DNA of 64,000 bases, from positions 250,976,001 through 251,040,000 of the forward strand of contig OZ024740.1 of assembly GCA_964016885.1 (NCBI GenBank), in the 5' to 3' direction. This DNA comes from Eledone cirrhosa. Lineage: Eukaryota. Of the stretch, positions 60,256 to 64,000 are shown piece by piece. Under the pieces are notes generated by a model that was given only the letters and a program-made list of their open reading frames with translations, was not told the DNA's origin and did not search any database. Numbering within the stretch: position 1 is the first letter of the stretch; the number at the start of each line of letters is the position of its first letter. The translations under genes were made by a program, and so were the position numbers.

Positions 60256-63119
60256 TGTTGTAGGGAAAAATCCTGAACATCCCTGCGTAACTAAGTAGAC
60301 TAGGCAAAATGTCTATAAATAATAACTGAAGTGAACTGTCAGTAGACTGTGTATACAGTGTCTCATTGTAGTGATCTTGTTCGTAGTTTGAAATTATGTC
60401 TGATGAATACTTTGGTTTTACCTTCGTTCGTACAGATATACTAACAGGTGTAACACCCCATTATAACAGTGGCAAGTTATTTAGAGCTTATGTTGGACTG
60501 ATATTTTTTTTTGTAAAAACAAAAAAAGAGAACAAAAAACCCTTAATATTGAAGAATTACTAGTCCAAGTGATACAGAATTAATACTGAAGAAAATGGAA
60601 AATACGTGAAGTTTATTCAGCCCAGACGCTGTGGCGAACTCAATAGGAGAATTCGCATATAACCCAGATGAGGACATTACATTAGTCTCTGCTTACTTTA
60701 GAAGACATGAGGAAATTTCCGAGAAGGATGCAGCAACTGGGAAAATGAAAAAAAAACAACTATTGTGGAGAAAGTTGGCACCAGTCGAACATGAAAAATA
60801 TTCAAACTATATTCTACAAAAGAAACCAGATGGGATCCATTTTGAGGAAACAGTAAATATCCTCTCAAAACTTCTTAGCAAGAAAAGTTCTTTAACACCC
60901 GTTGGCAGTGTACGAATCTGGCAAAAAAAGAGGACAAAGATTTTGTCACGTATGCTGGGATTATTAACAAGGAATGCAAAATATTTAAACTTAACGAACT
61001 AACCCCAGACATATTAAGATGCTTAATTTTGGTGCAAGAGTTAACTTCAAAGAAAGATGCAGAAATTTGTAGCAGAATTCTGACAAAATTAGAGCAGAAT
61101 CAGATCTTAACATTACAGGAAATATCTGAGGAATGTCAGAGAATTATAAACCTGAGACACGATAAGGAAAGAATCGAAGAGAGAAACTGCTCACATATAC
61201 AGTCTGTGTGAGCTAAAGTAAAAAAGGAAAACAAAAAATTAATCCATGTTTGAATGTGGAGGATTACACTTCAGATACTTAAAGTGCTTCGAGTGTGGAA
61301 GAATAGGACATACAAAATCACACGGCAAAACAAAACCAAGAAAAAGGTTCAACAGGAAAAAAATATGTAAACACCTTATTTGCAAAAAAAAAAAAAAAAA
61401 AATTAACAGGACACAAATGAAATTTTTGTAAGTAAAAATTAACGTGAATGTTAAATTGCAGTTAGATACAGGTAACAACATTATTATAATCAATGAAGAC
61501 ACTTGGAAAGTAACCGGGAAACCTACATTAAATACCTTGAAGAACGCATGTGGCATTTCTGGGAAGAAATTATTTTTTAAAGGCGAAATAGTAAGTAACA
61601 TTATATTTTGTGGCAAGATCGTAAAAGCTAAAGCATTAAGAAATACAACAAATCTTTTCGGTAATGACTGGGTGGATCTGTTCAACTTATGGGATTTACC
61701 CATAAAAATGTTTTGTAAAAATGTAATTGGGTCATCGGCCAGTTCAAACAAAGAAAATTTATAAGAAGAATAGAAAAGGAGGTTCCCAATGTTTTTTTAG
61801 ATGTGTTAGGTAGTTGTACTAAAACTAAATTTCAAGAGAAAGAAAATGTGGCACCTGTATTTAAACCCAAACATAATGTACCATTTGCAGCATTAGATCA
61901 AGTCAACAAAGAATTAGATAGACTGGAAAAATGGGATTGATTGAAAAAATTGACCACGCAGAGTGGGCGGCCTCAACAGTGTATGTAAAAAAATAAAATA
62001 AAAATAAAATTCATGTGTGCGCAGACTTTTTGATGGGGCTAAACAAATGGAAAATTTTTCTCGAAATTAGACCTACAAATACAAGTTGAAGGCAAATGTA
62101 TGAAGTTGTTGACAATGAATACATATAAAAGTTTGTAAAAATTTAACCAACTTCCCTTTGGCTATATTCCAACAAGTTATGGATATGATGCTGGCAAATT
62201 GTGATTTTGTGATTACATAGTTGGACGGCGTATTAATTAAAAGTGAATCTCATGATCAGCATGTCAAGTGTGTTTTGGAAAAGATAACAGAGTATGGGTT
62301 TAAACTCAGTGTTGAGAAGTGCTAATTTTTCTTGCCTAGAATAAAGTACCTAGGACAAATCATCGATAAAAATGGTCATCAACCACTGAAAAATGTTACT
62401 ATGTTACAAGCATTTTGGAATTTGTGAACTATTATATTTGCTAGAAAAAGACGTAAAGTGGAATTGGACTAAGTGCCAGAAGGCCTATGAAGAAATAAAA
62501 AACATTAACATAAAACTTATTAGTTCATTATGACCCCAAAATAGAAATTGTATTGGCTTCAGATGCTAGTGAGTATGGTATTGGAGCCATGATTCTGCAC
62601 AAATATGATGATGGTAGCTCAAAAGCCGTAGCTCATGCCTCACGTTCTCTACTACCAGCAGAAAATAATTACAGCCAAATTGAAAAAGAGGTGTTAGCAA
62701 TAATTTTTGCTGAGAAGAAATTTCACAAGTTTATTCATGGAAGGAGTTTTTATTTACAAACTGATCACCATCCTTTGTTGTCAATATATGGATCAAAGAA
62801 GGGAATTCCCACCTATACAGCAAATAGATTACAGCGCTGGGGCACCATTTTATTAAATTATAATTTTAAGATGGAATATCTGCCATCCAAAAAATTAGGA
62901 TACGCTGATGGTCTATCAAGATTGATATCTAAAAATAGTGAACTATTTGAAGATACAGTGATGCAGGCTTTAAGAGCTGAAAAGGAAATAAAAAGTATAT
63001 TGTGTAATGTAGTACAGGAATTACCTTGTTACCTTAGAAGAAATAAAATTAAAAGTGGAAGAAGACGTTTTTATTATGAAAATAAAAATAATCGGTTCAA
63101 ACTCGTACACAATTTTTGA
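60256..63119 (+). mobile_element. Decayed Ty3/gypsy LTR retrotransposon (putative LTR 60256-60468, gag, protease, RT, RNase H)
   Basis: TGTTG...TAACA followed by GTGGC (PBS-like); CFECGRIGH knuckle; LQLDTG protease; ASDASEYGIGA, YSQIEKE, TDHHPL and RLQRW RNase H motifs. Confidence 0.8.
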
Positions 63120-63129
63120 CAATGTACTG

Positions 63130-63660
63130 ATGTATGCACTGAAGCAGGTAGAGAAGTTCAAGTATCTCTGGCCATGTTTATGAAAGATGGAAGGCAGGAG
63201 GCTGAATTAAATGCAAGAATTGCAGGAGCTGGTGTAGTAATACGCCAGCTTCAGCATTCAGAAGAAGGGAGGTATGGGGTTCCTCATAAGGGTCTTTGAG
63301 TAATGTTACTCGATATTGTACATAGCTCGGAGATCAGAGAGTCAGTCCAGGTAGAGCTGCTATTTCTCCGAATTGAGAGATCACAGCTCCGATATTATGA
63401 GCATGTGGTTAGAATATCTCAGGGAAGAATTGCTGGACAGATTTTATGGGCAAAACCAACTGGCAGGAGATCCAGGGGCAGACCCCAGCAACATGGTTGT
63501 ATAACAGCCATGAGGTTAGCTGGTCTCGCTTAGGGATCCAGCCAGATCAGTTGGAGATGGTTGCTTGTGACAGGATCCACTGGAAGGAGTGTTTGAGGAC
63601 TGCCCCAACAACCTCCTCTGGAATAAGTGGGCGAAGAAGATCTAAAGAAACAAGATAAAT
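63130..63660 (+). mobile_element. Decayed RTE-like 3' fragment (different family)
   Basis: IERSQLRYYEHV...GRRSRGRP. Confidence 0.6.
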
Positions 63661-63771
63661 GGAAATCGACAGAACGAAAAAAGAAAACAAAAAGATAAAA
63701 GACGAAAATTTCAAAGATGTGAAATTGAGAAAAAAACGGGATGGGGGGGGGGGGGGGGGGGGGGCACATAC

Positions 63772-63890
63772 CTGAAAGATCAAGAACCTCAAGGAATTTT
63801 GGTCCTTGGTTAAACATCCGCAAAGGAAGAGTAAGTTTCTGTAAACCTCTGCTTGTTAAGGCATTATCTTGAAGTGATAGAGTATTTAAG
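63772..63890 (-). CDS. LRRC42: Internal coding exon of an LRRC42-like leucine-rich repeat gene (LNTLSLQDNALTSRGLQKLTLPLRMFNQGPKFLEVLDLS)
   Basis: Minus-strand acceptor TTTCAG before 63890 and donor GTATGT after 63772; 119 nt = 1+39 codons+1. Peptide resembles the recalled human LRRC42 segment LTQLHLKDNCLSDAGVRKMTAPVRVMKRGLENLTLLDLS; its phase-1 end joins the next exon as GAA (E). Confidence 0.85.
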
Positions 63891-64000
63891 CTGAAACAGT
63901 TAATGGAAACTTTATGATTAAAATATCTAAAACAAGTTGTTAAAAAAAAATTGTAATTTTTCAAACTGCAGATACATCACCAAATTTCTAACCCATGTTA

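Overview
AT-rich animal genomic DNA, probably a coleoid cephalopod such as Octopus (inferred from the SINE/LINE repertoire and the (TA)n/(TACA) microsatellite load, not proven). Three small minus-strand coding exons (63772-63890, 3356-3444, 984-1173) splice in frame and match LRRC42, so almost the whole window (3445-63771, ~60 kb including one 200-N gap) is a single intron. The intron holds ~17-18 kb of TA-based microsatellite arrays and nested retroelements: an intact RTE LINE with an internal PHD finger plus decayed RTE copies, three copies of a young two-ORF CR1-group LINE, a second CR1-like fragment, four Penelope-like fragments with hammerhead-ribozyme motifs, four copies of a ~600-bp bipartite RTE-derived element, tRNA-derived SINEs, a Tx1/L1-like remnant and a Ty3/gypsy remnant. 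Main leads: (1) the CR1-group LINE has a Myb/SANT-like + CCCH ORF1 and an AUG-less ORF2 in the -1 frame behind an HIV-type U UUU UUA slippery site, a candidate programmed -1 frameshift in a LINE; (2) the microsatellites are almost all strand-polarised (A>G variants on the host sense strand); (3) several Penelope hammerheads lie in inverted or palindromic arrangements. All calls were made by eye; no database searches were run. The long Y/I/M/C/V/H/T ORFs in the ORF track are translations of microsatellite.
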